Counted from the first letter of the stretch, positions 1 through 13,041 are shown. The stretch is 64,000 bases of DNA from Octopus bimaculoides (GCF_001194135.2 NC_068983.1:11050608-11114607), one strand, 5' to 3'. The notes: generated from the letters alone by a model not told the origin. Program-made: numbers and translations.

Positions 1-367
1 CTGATAGTGACTCCGCAATTAGGGCAAGGTCATCAGCATAGAGGAGCTCCCAGGGGCAACCTGTCTTGAACTCCTCTGTGATTGCCTGGAGGACTATGGT
101 AAATAATAGGGGGCTGAGGACGGAACCTTGGTGGACCCCTACCTCTACCCGGAATTCATTGCTGTACTCATTTCCAACCCTCACCTTACTGGCCGCATCT
201 CTGTACATGGCTCGCACAGCTCTCACTAGCCATTCTTCTATCCCAAGTTTCCTCATTGACCACCAGATAAGGGATCGGGGGACCCTGTCAAAGGCTTTCT
301 CCATGTCAACGAAAGCCAGGTACAGAGGTTTATCCTTGGCTAGGTATTTCTCTTGCAACTGTCTCAC
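1..367 (-). mobile_element. RTE-clade non-LTR retrotransposon, reverse transcriptase fragment (5'-truncated, continues beyond window start)
   Basis: Manual minus-strand translation without stops: VRQLQEKYLAKDKPLYLAFVDMEKAFDRVPRSLIWWSMRKLG...GVHQGSVLSPLLF...WELLYADDLALIAES. It contains the AFVDxEKAFD, GVxQGSxLSP and YADD RT motifs. Confidence 0.93.
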
Positions 368-647
368 TGTCTTTTAAAAATGATTTACTATTGTGGATGA
401 CACTATAATTTACAAACTAGTAAAAAAGCTCCTATGTATTTGCATGGTCTGCTAGAAGTAGCCATCAAATTTTCCTCAAGTCATACACTTTGTCATCTTC
501 AAAAAGAAACTATATAATGGATAATGTAGCCATGGATACACTGTTTAAAAATGATGAAATGATCAGGGTTGAAACTGCTTTGATTATAAGTCTTCTTAAA
601 CTACATCAAAATTCAGGCAACTTGTATGCCTCTTTTTCCTTAAAATA

Positions 648-1064
648 GTTGTGGTAAGAAGCTTGATTCCCAACCATATGGTTCTGGGTTCAGTCTCACT
701 GCATGGTACCTTGGGCAAGTGTCGTCTACCATAGTCTCAGGCCGACCAAAGCCTTGTGAGTGGATTTGGTTGACAGAAACCCAAAAATATCATCGTGTGT
801 GTATATATATATTTATATATATATATATATATATAGTGTGTGTGTGTCTTTGTGTCTGTGCTTGTCACCCCCCCCCCCATCACCACATGGCAGCTGGTGT
901 TGGTTTGTTTATGTCCCCATAACTTAGTGGTTTGGCAAAAGACACCAACAGAATAAGTACTAGGCTTAAAAAGATAAGTCCTGAGGTCGATTTGTTCGAC
1001 TAAGACCGTTTAAGATGGTGCTCCTGCATGGCCACAGTCAAATGATCGAAACAAGTAAAAGAAT
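648..1064 (+). mobile_element. tRNA-headed CORE-like SINE (family A here) with internal (TA)n/(TG)n
   Basis: A/B-box-like head, ACCTTGGGCAAGTG core and tail ...GCATGGCCACAGTCAAATGA..GAAACAAGTAAAAG shared with many copies in the window. Confidence 0.8.
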
Positions 1065-1188
1065 AACAGAATAAAAGAATTCGTTATTAAAATTTTAAAA
1101 ATAGGAATACACTTTGAAAATTTTAATGAATCAGAAACAAATATACTCTTGAATAGTATGCTAACCTATCACAGCTAAGTTTTCTCTA

Positions 1189-1380
1189 ACCCTTTAGCAT
1201 TTAAACCAATCATATCCGGCCAAAATATTCCCTCTGTTTTATGTTCAAGCTAACCAGATCCAGGCTCTCACACCCACATTATCAAAATCTCAAAGATATG
1301 TGATAATGCTTGGTTAATTCAAAACCATGTTAATCAATAACCATTATGTTTGATAGAATAATCTGAACACTGAAAAGCTT
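1189..1380 (+). mobile_element. Degraded piggyBac-like MITE (family F)
   Basis: Starts AACCCTTTAGCATTTAAACC and matches the copies at 19133-19257, 25640-25865, 28450-28540 and 37515-37728. Confidence 0.55.
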
Positions 1381-2345
1381 AGGAAGAATTGAGCTAAACT
1401 TTGCTAACCAATAAAACACAATTATCAGCTTTACACCACTATAGCTTACGACAGTGAGTTATTTTCAACACTGCGGTGTCTGTTTTACCGTGACTCTGCA
1501 TATAATTCCATGATGACCTGCATATTTCCTCATGGTGGATCATGTCTTATCCCATGGATAACTAAGGTGACTCAGAACGACTTCCCGCTGTGACTGAGAA
1601 CAAGTTCTTCCCACCGAAGCTATGGATGGCTTCTCCCACCTCTTCACTCCATAACTTGTGACTGATTCCACCCCCCACCCCNNNNNNNNNNNNNNNNNNN
1701 NNNNNNNNNNNNNNNNNNNNNNNNNNNNNNNNNNNNNNNNNNNNNNNNNNNNNNNNNNNNNNNNNNNNNNNNNNNNNNNNNNNNNNNNNNNNNNNNNNNN
1801 NNNNNNNNNNNNNNNNNNNNNNNNNNNNNNNNNNNNNNNNNNNNNNNNNNNNNNNNNNNNNNNNNNNNNNNNNNNNNNNNNNNNNNNNNNNNNNNNNNNN
1901 NNNNNNNNNNNNNNNNNNNNNNNNNNNNNNNNNNNNNNNNNNNNNNNNNNNNNNNNNNNNNNNNNNNNNNNNNNNNNNNNNNNNNNNNNNNNNNNNNNNN
2001 NNNNNNNNNNNNNNNNNNNNNNNNNNNNNNNNNNNNNNNNNNNNNNNNNNNNNNNNNNNNNNNNNNNNNNNNNNNNNNNNNNNNNNNNNNNNNNNNNNNN
2101 NNNNNNNNNNNNNNNATCAAATATGTAAGAGGGAGAAAGTGTAAGGTTATCAACACTCCAACTATTTGATTATCTCTGTAAACCTAAGGTGTTTTAGTTT
2201 GCTTGTTTGTTTGGTAGAGTGTAATTTAAACAGGTATTATTAAATCACTGAAGAACTCCTTTTGTAATCCACCGACTACCAACCAACCAGCCACCTAGCC
2301 TCTCACTGCATATTAAATATCTTTCCCTTTGTGTCTCCCTTTCTA

Positions 2346-2386
<41 letters not shown>

Positions 2387-3132
2387 TGTTACCTCATGAC
2401 AAGACAAATAGAATATTTCACACGCCCTTCAAATTGGTAATCTTTGAAAGAAAAAAAAATGATAAATAAATAAATAAAATGAAAGAATGATGACAAAAAA
2501 GGGGGTAGTAGTGGGTGGAGAAAAGATATTGTATAAATAAAAAAATTAAAATAAGAAAACACTTTTCAAAAAAATACCCTCATTGTTTGAAATAGATGTT
2601 CAAGGATGACTATGAATGGTCGCCTTTTCTTTCTTTTTCTTTGTTGTCTTCAGCAATTTTTTGTATACGAATTGTATTGTCTGGGTCGCGTTTTACTATC
2701 TTTGTATCTTTAATATACTTCATCTCCAGTATTTATTTATTTATTTATTTTACCCTCTTTCTCCCCCTTACTCTCCACTTGATCACACACATATATACAT
2801 ATATGTATGCACGTGTGTGTATACATGTATGTACATATGTGTTATACTTTGTATGTGTATGTGTGTGTGTGTGTGTGTATAAATGTGTGTATACTAGTGA
2901 ATATACATTTATATACATGTATGAATATATGTATGTTTTTGNNNNNNNNNNNNNNNNNNNNNNNNNNNNNNNNNNNNNNNNNNNNNNNNNNNNNNNNNNN
3001 NNNNNNNNNNNNNNNNNNNNNNNNNNNNNNNNNNNNNNNNNNNNNNNNNNNNNNNNNNNNNNNNNNNNNNNNNNNNNNNNNNNNNNNNNNNNNNNNNNNN
3101 NNNNNNNNNNNNNNNNNNNNNNNNNNNNNNNN

Positions 3133-3450
3133 AGTACATCTGCCAGTACCGCCTGACTGGCCTTGTAGGGTTTTCGAGCGAGATTGTTGCCAGTGCCCCT
3201 GGACTGGCTCTTGTGCAGGTGGCACATAAAAGACACCATTTCGAGCGTGGCCGTTTTCGTGCGGGTGACACGTAAAAGCACCTACTACACTCTCTGAGTG
3301 GTTGGCGTTAGGAAGGGCATCCAGCTGTAGAAACTCTGCCAAATTAGATTGGAGCCTGGTGTAGCCATCCGGTTGCACCAGTCCTCAGTCAAATCGTTCA
3401 ACCCATGCTAGCATGGAAAGTGGACGTTAAACGATGATGATGATGATGAT
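3133..3450 (+). mobile_element. RTE-type 3' tail copy (family D)
   Basis: GGCGTTAGGAAGGGCATCCAGCTGTAGAAAC...CCCATGCTAGCATGGAAAG.GGACGTTAAACGATGATGATG with a (GAT)n tail. Confidence 0.8.
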
Positions 3451-3702
3451 ATATATATATGCATACATACATATGTTTTTATTTTATTTTCGGATACACC
3501 AGCATAAAATTACTTAATATGCCTTGTATAACAAGTGTTGTTATGTGTTATATGTTTACTCAATTGTAAAGTAAATAAGAATTACATTTTCAAATCACCG
3601 ATTCATTCAGTCAGCCTTTTGCTTAACTGTACACAATATTGAACAGAATCATGATTCCAAAATGTAATCTCTTTACCTCACTCACAAGTAAACATATCGT
3701 TT

Positions 3703-3890
3703 ATTGATTGCACAGATGATGACCAAATCAAGTCATTAATTGAGAATAACCCTCGTGGCACAACCCAAGAATTGGCAGAAAACCTCAACCTATCAAAATC
3801 CATCGTTCATGAGCACCTGGTAAGGCTTGGGTACACAAATCACTATGATGTTTGGGTACCACATGAGTTGAGTGAGAAGAACCTTTTGGA
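3703..3890 (+). mobile_element. mariner transposase fragment
   Basis: Translates to DDDQIKSLIENNPRGTTQELAENLNLSKSIVHEHLVRLGYTNHYDVWVPHELSEKN, which includes the HTH region and the diagnostic WVPHEL motif. Confidence 0.88.
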
Positions 3891-5454
3891 AAAGCTGCAC
3901 AAACTTTCCAGACAACCCAATACATGATTTTTGGCTTCACTCCCTTTGCATGACACCTTGGGCAAGTTTCATCTACTATATCACTTCAGGCCGACCAAAG
4001 CTTTGTGAGCGAATGTAGTAAGTGGAAACTGAAAGAAGCCCATTGCTTATATCTTGTGTGTTTGTGTCTCCTGCTGACATCAGATGATGGTTGCGAGTGT
4101 CACCAATCACGCAAGCAGTATCATTCATTTCCTCTTTATTTTTGCTTTATCATCATCATCACCATCACCATCATAGACATTTGTAAATTCATCTCCTGAA
4201 CGCTTTAAACAGATAAAGGAGAATATTGAGATATGAATGTATAGGAAGGGGCCTAGAGGCATCAGCGCTTTAAATTTCAGGGAACAACTAATTTATTATT
4301 TGTAGCGTAATGTCAGTGTACTGCAGGTAAATAATAAAGGATAGTCAATAGGGTCAGTCACGTGAGGGACTGTGTCAGTATGAATCAGTTCAGAAAGGAA
4401 AACTGAAGTGGCGTATATTGTATATTGTTGTTTTTTCCTTGAGATGTAGTAGAGATTAACATTTTGGGCAATACCCTTTATGAAAGAGAAGTGGAAATGA
4501 CAAAGAAAAATTATATATATATAGTGAGATTATTTTGTCACCACCACTCCGTTTCCTTTCCTTTTATGGTACAATACCAAACATACGCTACTTCAGTTAT
4601 TTTAGTCTAGTAATATTGTCTGCTGTTAATAGTTTACTCTCGTGGACAGGCTATAATTAGCTGAGGGATTAAACGGATTAAGGTGATTTCATGTCCATTT
4701 AAAAACTTCTGCATGAATTAAAGTATTTGACCTACCTCCACCCATTTATTTATTTATTTATTTATTTATTTATTTTTTTATATTCCTTAAAGCGATCAAT
4801 GGGAGGTGACTATAATATTAGAATTTTTTTTTGTTTATTTTTTTTAAACCAGATAAAAAAAAAAGGTACTTAAGGGTTCACAGAAAAGGGTGGACCCAAG
4901 AAACAGTAATCCTACACATTATCTTTGTATTCACTAAGTCGACAGTTTCGCCCTGAGGTTTACTGTTGCTATCTTCATAACTATCACTAGATTTCCATAA
5001 ATGAAATTCTTACTATGGTCTCCTGCCACCACAACTCCTACAAATATGCTGTTAGGCCAACAAGAAAACCCCTAAGTGATTCTTGTCTTGCTAGAAACAG
5101 CAGCTAAATGTTGCTCAAATCACATTGTTCTATCTTACATGAAGAATTCTTTAGCAGTGTATATAGTCCAAAACACCTTTAAAAAGACAGGATGGTCCAC
5201 GGTATGTCCCCCCGTCACCATATCCCCCACCACCACTCTCTACAAATCTCTTGTTAAGCTAACAAGAAAAACCTCCAAGTGATTCTTGTCCTGCTAGAAA
5301 TAGCAGCCAGATGTTGCTCAAATCCTGCCCAGCTATCTAAAATAAGTTAAAGGATACTTTAGAAATATACAGTCCAAAACAATTTTAAAAAAGATGGGAT
5401 GGGCCTGGTTGGATTGCCTTTGATCATAGGTCTGCTCAGTAACATAAAACTTGT

Positions 5455-5828
5455 AGTAGCTGTGTTGTAAGATGCTTGCTTCCCACCTATATGGTTCCCG
5501 GTTCAGTCCCACTGCATGATACCTTGGGCAAGTACTTTCTACTATAGCTTCAGGCCGACCAAAGCCTTGTGAGTAGATTTGGAAGACGGGAATTAAAAGA
5601 AGCCCGTTGTATATATGTGTGTGTCTTTGTGTCTGTGCTTGTCCCCCACCGCTGCTTGACAACCGGTGTTGGTGTGTTTATGTCCCTGTAACTTTGCAGT
5701 TCAGCAAAAGAGACTAGTTGAATAAGTGCTAGGCTTTAAAAAAAAAGTCCTGGAGTCAATTTGTTCGACTAAAGACATTCGAAGCGGTGCTCCAGCATGG
5801 CCCCAGTCAACTGAAACAAGTAAAAGAT
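5455..5828 (+). mobile_element. Family A SINE
   Basis: Full head, core, microsatellite and tail similarity to the other family A copies. Confidence 0.8.
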
Positions 5829-5850
5829 AATGATGTATCAGCAGCAGCAA

Positions 5851-5882
5851 TAGTAGTAGTAGTAGTAGTAGCTGTAGTGGTT

Positions 5883-5916
<34 letters not shown>

Positions 5917-6003
5917 CAGTAGTGGCTGTGGTGGTAGTAGTAGTAGTGGTTGTGGTGGTAGTAGTAGTAGTAGCAGTAGTGGTTGTGGTGGTAGTAGTAG
6001 TAG
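5851..6003. repeat. (AGT)n/(GGT)n compound microsatellite
   Basis: Directly visible. Confidence 0.95.
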
Positions 6004-7526
6004 TATTTGGCTCTGTGAAGGCACTCTTCTGTTATATTCTTTTAGTTCCCAAGTTTCCTTTCTGCAGAAAATACCAAAGTTGAAAGTTCAGCAAACAAAA
6101 TAAAAATATCATAACTCTGCCCCCCCCCCACCTACCCACCACCTCTGCCACTGTATGATGATATAGTGCTTANNNNNNNNNNGGGGGGGGGGGGGGTCCT
6201 GCAGAGCAGACAAAAAATTGAAGCATGGTGTATCCTGATTGCTTCACCTATGACTTACTGTTAGGCATCTAATAGCCATATTGCATGCTATATGACTGCT
6301 CCAGCAGATGAGCTCCATAATAATAATCAACAACTATATTTGTTATGTTGTTACTGATACAATGGGCTTGTCAGTTCAAGCGACTTATTACAGGAGTGGG
6401 GAAAGGAATTCATCTCTATTCAATTTGTAATGCAGTAAGACTGACAGCAATACGAGGACAATAGTTCACATTATCATAACCATCATTTTCATCATCATAT
6501 TTGTTTTACCACAGAAATATGGCATATAAAACAATTATTCCCTCTCTCCCTCTCTTTGCATATATATAAGTGTGTGTGTGGAGGCACATGGTTTAGTGGT
6601 TAGGGTGTTGTACTCGTGATTGTAAGATTGCAGCTTCAATTCCTGGACCATTATGTTCTTGAGCAAAACACTTCATTTTGTTGCTCAGGTCCACTCAGGG
6701 AGGAATATATAAGCCACAGAATCTTGGAAAGCTACCCTGTGAGCCTATGGCTCAGGAGGGACCATTGATCCTCTTTTGATACATGTGTCTGTGTGTGTAT
6801 ATAAAGATATATATGCGGCCCCTGGACTTAACAGTTCCTGTCAAGCCATCTGACCCATACTGGCATGGAAAGTGGACATTTGTCACATCTTCATCATCTT
6901 CATTTGCTGTCCATTTTTCCATACTAGCATGGAACAGACAGAATTTGTTGTAACAGATTCTCTATGGCCAGATGTCCTTCCTGTTGCCTGTTCTTGCTTG
7001 TTTACTGTTGGCTGTTCTTCTTTGGAATTCATGAGCACTCTCAAGTCCTTTTTTTTTTTTTTATTATTATTATTGCAGCAGGCTGGTAGAATTGTAAGCA
7101 CACCTGACAAAATGTTTAGTAGCATTTCTTCTAGTTTTATATTCGAGAGTTCAAATGCTGCTGAAGTCAGCTTTGCCTTTCATCCTTTCATTTTCAGGAT
7201 TGATAAAATAAGTACCAGTTGTGTTCTGGGGCTCAATTAATCAACTTGCCCCCTCTCTTAAAATTGCTGGCCTTGATGCCAAAATTTGAAATCATCATTA
7301 CTACTACTGCTACTACGAGCAACATTTAGTGATATGGACTAAACACACATAGCTTTATCAATTATTTTAGTTATAAGATAAACAATGTTTTTTCTTATTA
7401 CTTTTATAATATACCAATGTTTTCAGAATAACTGTTGTTATATAGTCATTCTTATATTTATATACATGTAAAACCACCTCTCTCTTATTTCTTCCTGTTT
7501 TGCTCTCTTCCTTCTTTCCATCCTTA

Positions 7527-7568
<42 letters not shown>

Positions 7569-8959
7569 TCCCTCTCTCTCTAGAACGTTTTACTGATATG
7601 AAAAATAAATAACTTATTATCAATGGTCTGCTGGTGTGGTCCAGTTATTCAAACAGGAGATCTGTTCCTAAAACGTGCACTAAGCATTCACTAGTGGTTC
7701 ATCTTCTATTCTAGTTATTGCTGTTTCATGTTGTCCTTTCTTGTCTCTTCTTCTTTTCCTCTCACAAACTATTAGCAAATTATCCAAGCACCACTAACTG
7801 CACTAATCTTACATCTTTTAAAACTTTTCAAATCCGTAAGAATGACCTTTGCGGGAGCCATACCAGTACATGTCATTCTGGGACAGTAGTTTTGTTATAC
7901 TCAGAAAATTTACACATGCACACTCACACACAAATGCACCCTCACACTCAAACGCACCCTCATGTGTGAATGCATATTCTTGAGGTTCTAATTTGTTTTT
8001 ATTGAAATTCTAGTTGTTGTAGGGTTAAACTTAAGAGAATCCTTGTTTCTCATAATTTATATAAAATAATGTGTATCTGGCTTGCATGTCTGCATCATTT
8101 GCATCACAGAATTGCAAGAACCTTGATCATTCTTCATCCCTTGTATCATATCCATAGCCTCTATGTACACAGGAGAAGCCACCTTGGTGTTATCCATTAT
8201 ACCCATGATAACAAGGCAGCGTTTCCTTTGTTGTTGAGATGGTCTACTACAAGGCCTTATTGAAACGGTACTGTTGCTCGTTTATCAGCCCTGATAGTGG
8301 TGCATAAACTAAGATAACTGTTCCCATCATGTTGGCTATGACTAATCTCAGCTTAATTATTCTGTCTCTCCGTTATGTTATATAAACATAACATTTCAAG
8401 TCATTTGAAAAAAGGATGTATATATTCTGGTTTCCTCAATAAGTATGTATATTTGTGTGTGTGTTTGTATATGTCTCTTTCTTTCAACAATAATAATGGT
8501 ATGACACTGGGGCAAGGATGGAAGTATTTGCTGCAATAGAAAAAGAAACTAAAAAGAATTCCAACTGCAATATTTCACCATTTGTTTTTCGCATTTAATT
8601 TAATCAGCTAAATTATACTTCCAACACAAAGTAAGGCCTAACTTGAAACATATGTTCTTGTAAACCTGTTTCTTTATTGAGGGTACATCTCATTATTTTA
8701 TTATGACCCTTTCATAGCCATATTTCTAATGAAATACACTGCTTATGTTTCCAGTAATAGAGAATGAATTTGAAGAGATAAAATAATGGTGTTTGAAGTA
8801 TAAGCTGTTCTTGTTGAGCTCCTTCCCTCCCCTCTTCTTGGTCACCCAGATTGAACAGGCATTTAATGAACATTTTCTTCATGACTATCTCATTCTCTTA
8901 CACATGCCAAGGTCTACATTATATGTGTCCCTCCCTTTTCAAGAAAGTAGAGTAATATT

Positions 8960-10215
8960 AGTTTCAGATTTTGACACAAGGCCTGCAATTTAAATGGCAA
9001 GTCAATTACATCGACTCCACAGTGCTCAGTCGGTACTTATTTTATCAATCCTGAAGAGATGAAAGGCAAAGTCAACCTTGGCAGAGTTTGAACTCGGAAC
9101 ATAAAGACACTCAAATTCCACTAAGCATTTTTCCCAATGCATTAACAATTTAGCCAGTTCTTCACCTCAAGATGGAAGAGTAATATTGGTTTCAAATTTT
9201 GGTACAATGCTAGTAGGTTTGAGGGAAGGGGCTATGTTGATTACATCGACCCCAGTGTTCAATTGGTACTTATTTTATCAACCCCAAAAGGATGAAAGCC
9301 AAAGTCAACCGCTATAGATTTTGAACTCAAAATGTCACTAAGCATTTTGCCCGGTGTACTAACAATTTTGCCAGCTTGCTACCTTAAGATGGTAGAGTAA
9401 TATTCTTTTCTGCTATAGGCACAACGCCTGAAATTTGGGGTAGGGGGATTGTCAATTACAAAGACAAAGTCGACCTTGGTGGAATATGAACTTAGAATGT
9501 GAAGATGGACGAAATACTGCCAAGCGTTTTTAAATTGTTACCACACCAAGTGAAACGCCTGGCAGTATTTTGTCCGGTAACAATTCTTATTTCTTTATTG
9601 CCCACAAGGGCTAAACATAGAGGGGATAGACAAAGGGATTAAGTCGATTACATCAACCCCAGTGTGTAACTGGTACTTATAATATAGCCTGAACAGGATA
9701 AACTATCCCTATTTTTGCAGAGAAAAGTGTAGGTGGCCAGCTGTGGACTCGAACATATGAGAGCATCTCATAAAGCGAGATTTATATATCTTAATTTGCA
9801 GAGGAATTTGTGGTGGTGAGTTTAGCTTAATCGGCAAAAGCATCGTCACATGTAATGACGGGGATGTGAGTTCGAGTCCACAGCTGGCCACCTACACTTT
9901 TCTCTGCAAAAATAGGGATAGTTTATCCTGTTCAGGCTATATTATTAGCATTATTCTGTGATTGAGAATTTAAACATCACTTCTTTAACTTTCTATAAAA
10001 AAGACATCTCAACGCTTCTAAAAGCAAGCTTCGCTTGTTTGTTTACGTTTGTCGTAATTTGAATTTAACTGGTACTTATTTAATCAACCCCGAAAGGATG
10101 AAAAGCAAAGTCGATCTCAGCGGAATTTGAACTCAGAACGTAGCAGCAGACAAAATACTGCTAAGCATTTCGCCCGGCATGCTAACATTTCTGCCAGCTC
10201 GCCACCTAACAATTC
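8960..10215 (-). mobile_element. Cluster of about 4 family C SINE copies (Meta-like central domain); the last copy is interrupted by an insertion
   Basis: Repeated reverse complement of GAGTTCAAATTCC...GACTTTGCCTTTCATCCTTTCGGGGTCGATAAA.TAAGTACCAG. Confidence 0.75.
9815..9890 (+). pseudogene. tRNA-Thr(TGT)-like sequence inside an inserted ~311-bp unit
   Basis: A box TAGCTTAATCGG, anticodon arm TCGTCA-CATGTAA-TGACGG, B box GAGTTCGAGTCC, acceptor-like GGTGAGTT/AGCTGGCC, and TTTT about 8 nt downstream. Deviations: A at position 33 and a 1-nt deletion in the T stem. Confidence 0.55.
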
Positions 10216-10505
10216 TGCCAACTCACTGCATTATGGTAGAGTAATATTAACAATAAGTTGGTATCTGGAACATAACAAACTATTCTTACATTATTATGGA
10301 AGATTTTAATTTAAATATTAACATTTTGAAATAAGCAGTTTCAAAGCAAAGAACCAAAGGTAGTCTTAGACGAATTGATTTAATTAATTTATTTAAAATT
10401 TTTTTTTAATGCATTATTAATTGAGTTTCATTAAATATGAAACTTGGTAACTATTAATCTTTTCATAATAGAATTCGTGCATGTATGTAGGGGTGCAGGC
10501 ATGAC

Positions 10506-11155
10506 GGCACTGTCGTGGTATTAGCTGTCAGAATTGAAAGTAGAACTGACAAGGAACGTTACTGCTGGTTTGAGTTGATTCTTTGGCTACTGACTAGCTG
10601 GAGCTATCTATCTGTCTGTCTGTCTGTCTGTCTATCTCACTATCTCTCTCTCTATATCTATCTATCTATCTATCTATTTATCACTCGTTCACCTCTGTTT
10701 GTGTCCGTAGAATTTATCAAATTAGAAAACGCAAATTTAATATAAAAATATATTTTCTGAAATTGCAAATTATTTAAAATATAAAAATATGATTTTCAAC
10801 AGAGAGCATTTATCAAAATAGAAAACAAATGAAGTTTGAAGTTTAAAAATAATAGGATTGACCACTCACGACTAGCTAGCGCGGACGCGCAACTGCACGT
10901 TCGGGACCACTCTGCTTTAGTAGTACCCTTATACTCTGTGTTTTCAAACGCATGGATATAGGTGTCAAATTTGTTCCAATAACTTTCGAGTGATAGATAG
11001 ATAGATAGATAGAGACAGACAGACAGACAGATAGCTCGCTCCGGCCAGTCATGGTATTAGCTGTCAGTAGCCAAAGAATCAACTCAAACCAGCAGTAATG
11101 TTCCTTGTCAGATTTTTCTACTTTCACTTCTGACAGCTAATACCATGACAGTGCC
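10506..11155. mobile_element. Non-autonomous DNA transposon (MITE) with long TIRs, Merlin-like
   Basis: Termini GGCACTGTC...GACAGTGCC, inverted arms of roughly 180 bp, 8-bp TSD GGCATGAC (10498-10505) / GGCATGGC (11156-11163). Confidence 0.7.
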
Positions 11156-11727
11156 GGCATGGCTTTGTGGTTGAGAAATTTGCTTCCCAACCATGTGGTC
11201 TCATGTTCAGTCCCATTGTGGTGCAATTTGTGTAAGTATCTTGCACCATAATCTGGGTCAACCAAAAGCTTTGTGAATGGATTTGGTCAACAGGAGCTGA
11301 AAGAAGTCTGTCTGTGTGTAGTTTTGTACATTTTGTGAGCATTGTCATCATACAAGTGAGGTTGTTCATTTCTAGTCTTCAGTGAAAAACATATCTAGCT
11401 ATGGGGAAATATTACCTTGCTTGGAAGCATGTAAGGGCTGGCAATAGGAAGGGCATCTGGCTGTAGAAAATCTGCATGTGATGCATATGAAGCCATGTAC
11501 TAATACAGTCTTCTCTCTTACACACTATACCTGACTCCTTTTATATCAAGTTTTTCCTTTAGTTTATTTTACATTACACATTTATTGGAGCATACTATCT
11601 TCATGTCTTTCTAATCTTAGCTAGTCTCCCACATTTGATGCCCATGTCTCACTATCATGGAACTATCTATATATGTATGTAGATGTGTGTGTGTGAAGAT
11701 AGAGAGATAGATATGTTTTTCAGCAAT

Positions 11728-11962
11728 AAGGCGGTGAGCTGGCAGAAATGTTAGCATTCCGGGCGAAATGCTTAGCTGTATTTCATCTGTCTTTATGTTC
11801 TGAGTTCAAATTCCGCCAAGGTTGACTTTGCCTTTCATCCTTTCGGGGTCGATTAAATAAGTACCAGTTACACACTGGTGTCGATATAATCGACTTAATC
11901 TGTTTGTCTGTCCTTGTTTGTCCCCTCTATGTTTAGCCCCTTGTGAGCAATAAAGAAATAAG
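11728..11962 (+). mobile_element. Family C SINE
   Basis: AAGGCGGTGAGCTGGCAGAAA...GCCTTTCATCCTTTCGGGGTCGAT...GCAATAAAGAAATAAG. Confidence 0.8.
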
Positions 11963-12484
11963 ATAGATAGATATGTTTTTGTTTTTGTGCTAGATCAGCT
12001 CTGGTTCAAAACTAATGCAACCATGATCATCTGTTTTCAGGCAAAATATTCCTTGGAATACATTCTCCAATGTATCCTCTCTTTTAAGATGGTAGGGTAT
12101 GATTTGAGAGAATTTATGATAGTGGCTGTGTAGAGACCTTCTACTTGATTCTTAATGAGCGTGAGCAAGTGTGTGTGTGTGTGTGTTTGTAAATTAGTTT
12201 CAGTGGTTTAATTTCTTTTTGTTTCAGCAATAGTTCATGGAACTGTGTTTTGTTCTCATGGGAATTGGTGAAACAGTGTTCAGCCAAGAGGGCTCAGAAT
12301 GAAAATGGGTGTTAACCTGTTATTGGACTCGGGTCATTAACTAATTAAAATTCTCAGTATAATTATTGTGATTTAAGTAAGTTTTAGTTGACACTGCATT
12401 GTGGTAGTGTTAATGGCAGCAGTGGATAATTGAGAAAATGATTATGATGATGATGAAAGTTTATAAGGTTATGTGAGTGGTGGT

Positions 12485-12535
<51 letters not shown>

Positions 12536-12885
12536 TTTTAGTAGAAATAGAATTATAATTGTAGCTGTATTAATGGGGTGGTTGTGTTCATGGGGTTAGG
12601 TGCTGTGATAGCTAGGGTGTGGCAGTAGGAAGCTGGGGTAGTTGTTTTGTGGTGCTTGTGTTAGTGGTGGAGACAATTGTGGTTGTATGTACGGTGTGTG
12701 GGAGAAGAGTTTAATTAGCAGTGGTAGAATGTGAAAGCTTAGTGAGCTGGCAGAATCATTAGCATCTTGGACAAAATGCTTAGTAGCATTTTTTTTTCCA
12801 TCCTTTTACAGTTTGAGTTCAAATCCCACTGAGATCAACTTAGGGAAATAGTTGTGGTTGCATGCATGGTGTGTGGGAGAAGAGT

Positions 12886-13041
12886 TAAGTAGTAGTAGTA
12901 GTAGTAGTAGTAGAAGCAGCAGTAGTAGTAGTAGTTAGTAGTAATGGTGGTGGTGGTGGTGGTAGTAGTAGCAGCAGCAGCAGCAGTAGTAGTAGTAGAA
13001 GTAGCAGCAGCAGCAGTAGTAGTAGTAGTAGTAGCAGCAGC

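Noticed and set aside
9051-9070. CTGAAGA..GAAA as a hammerhead
   Set aside because: It is a mutated part of the family C SINE minus strand and has no stems.
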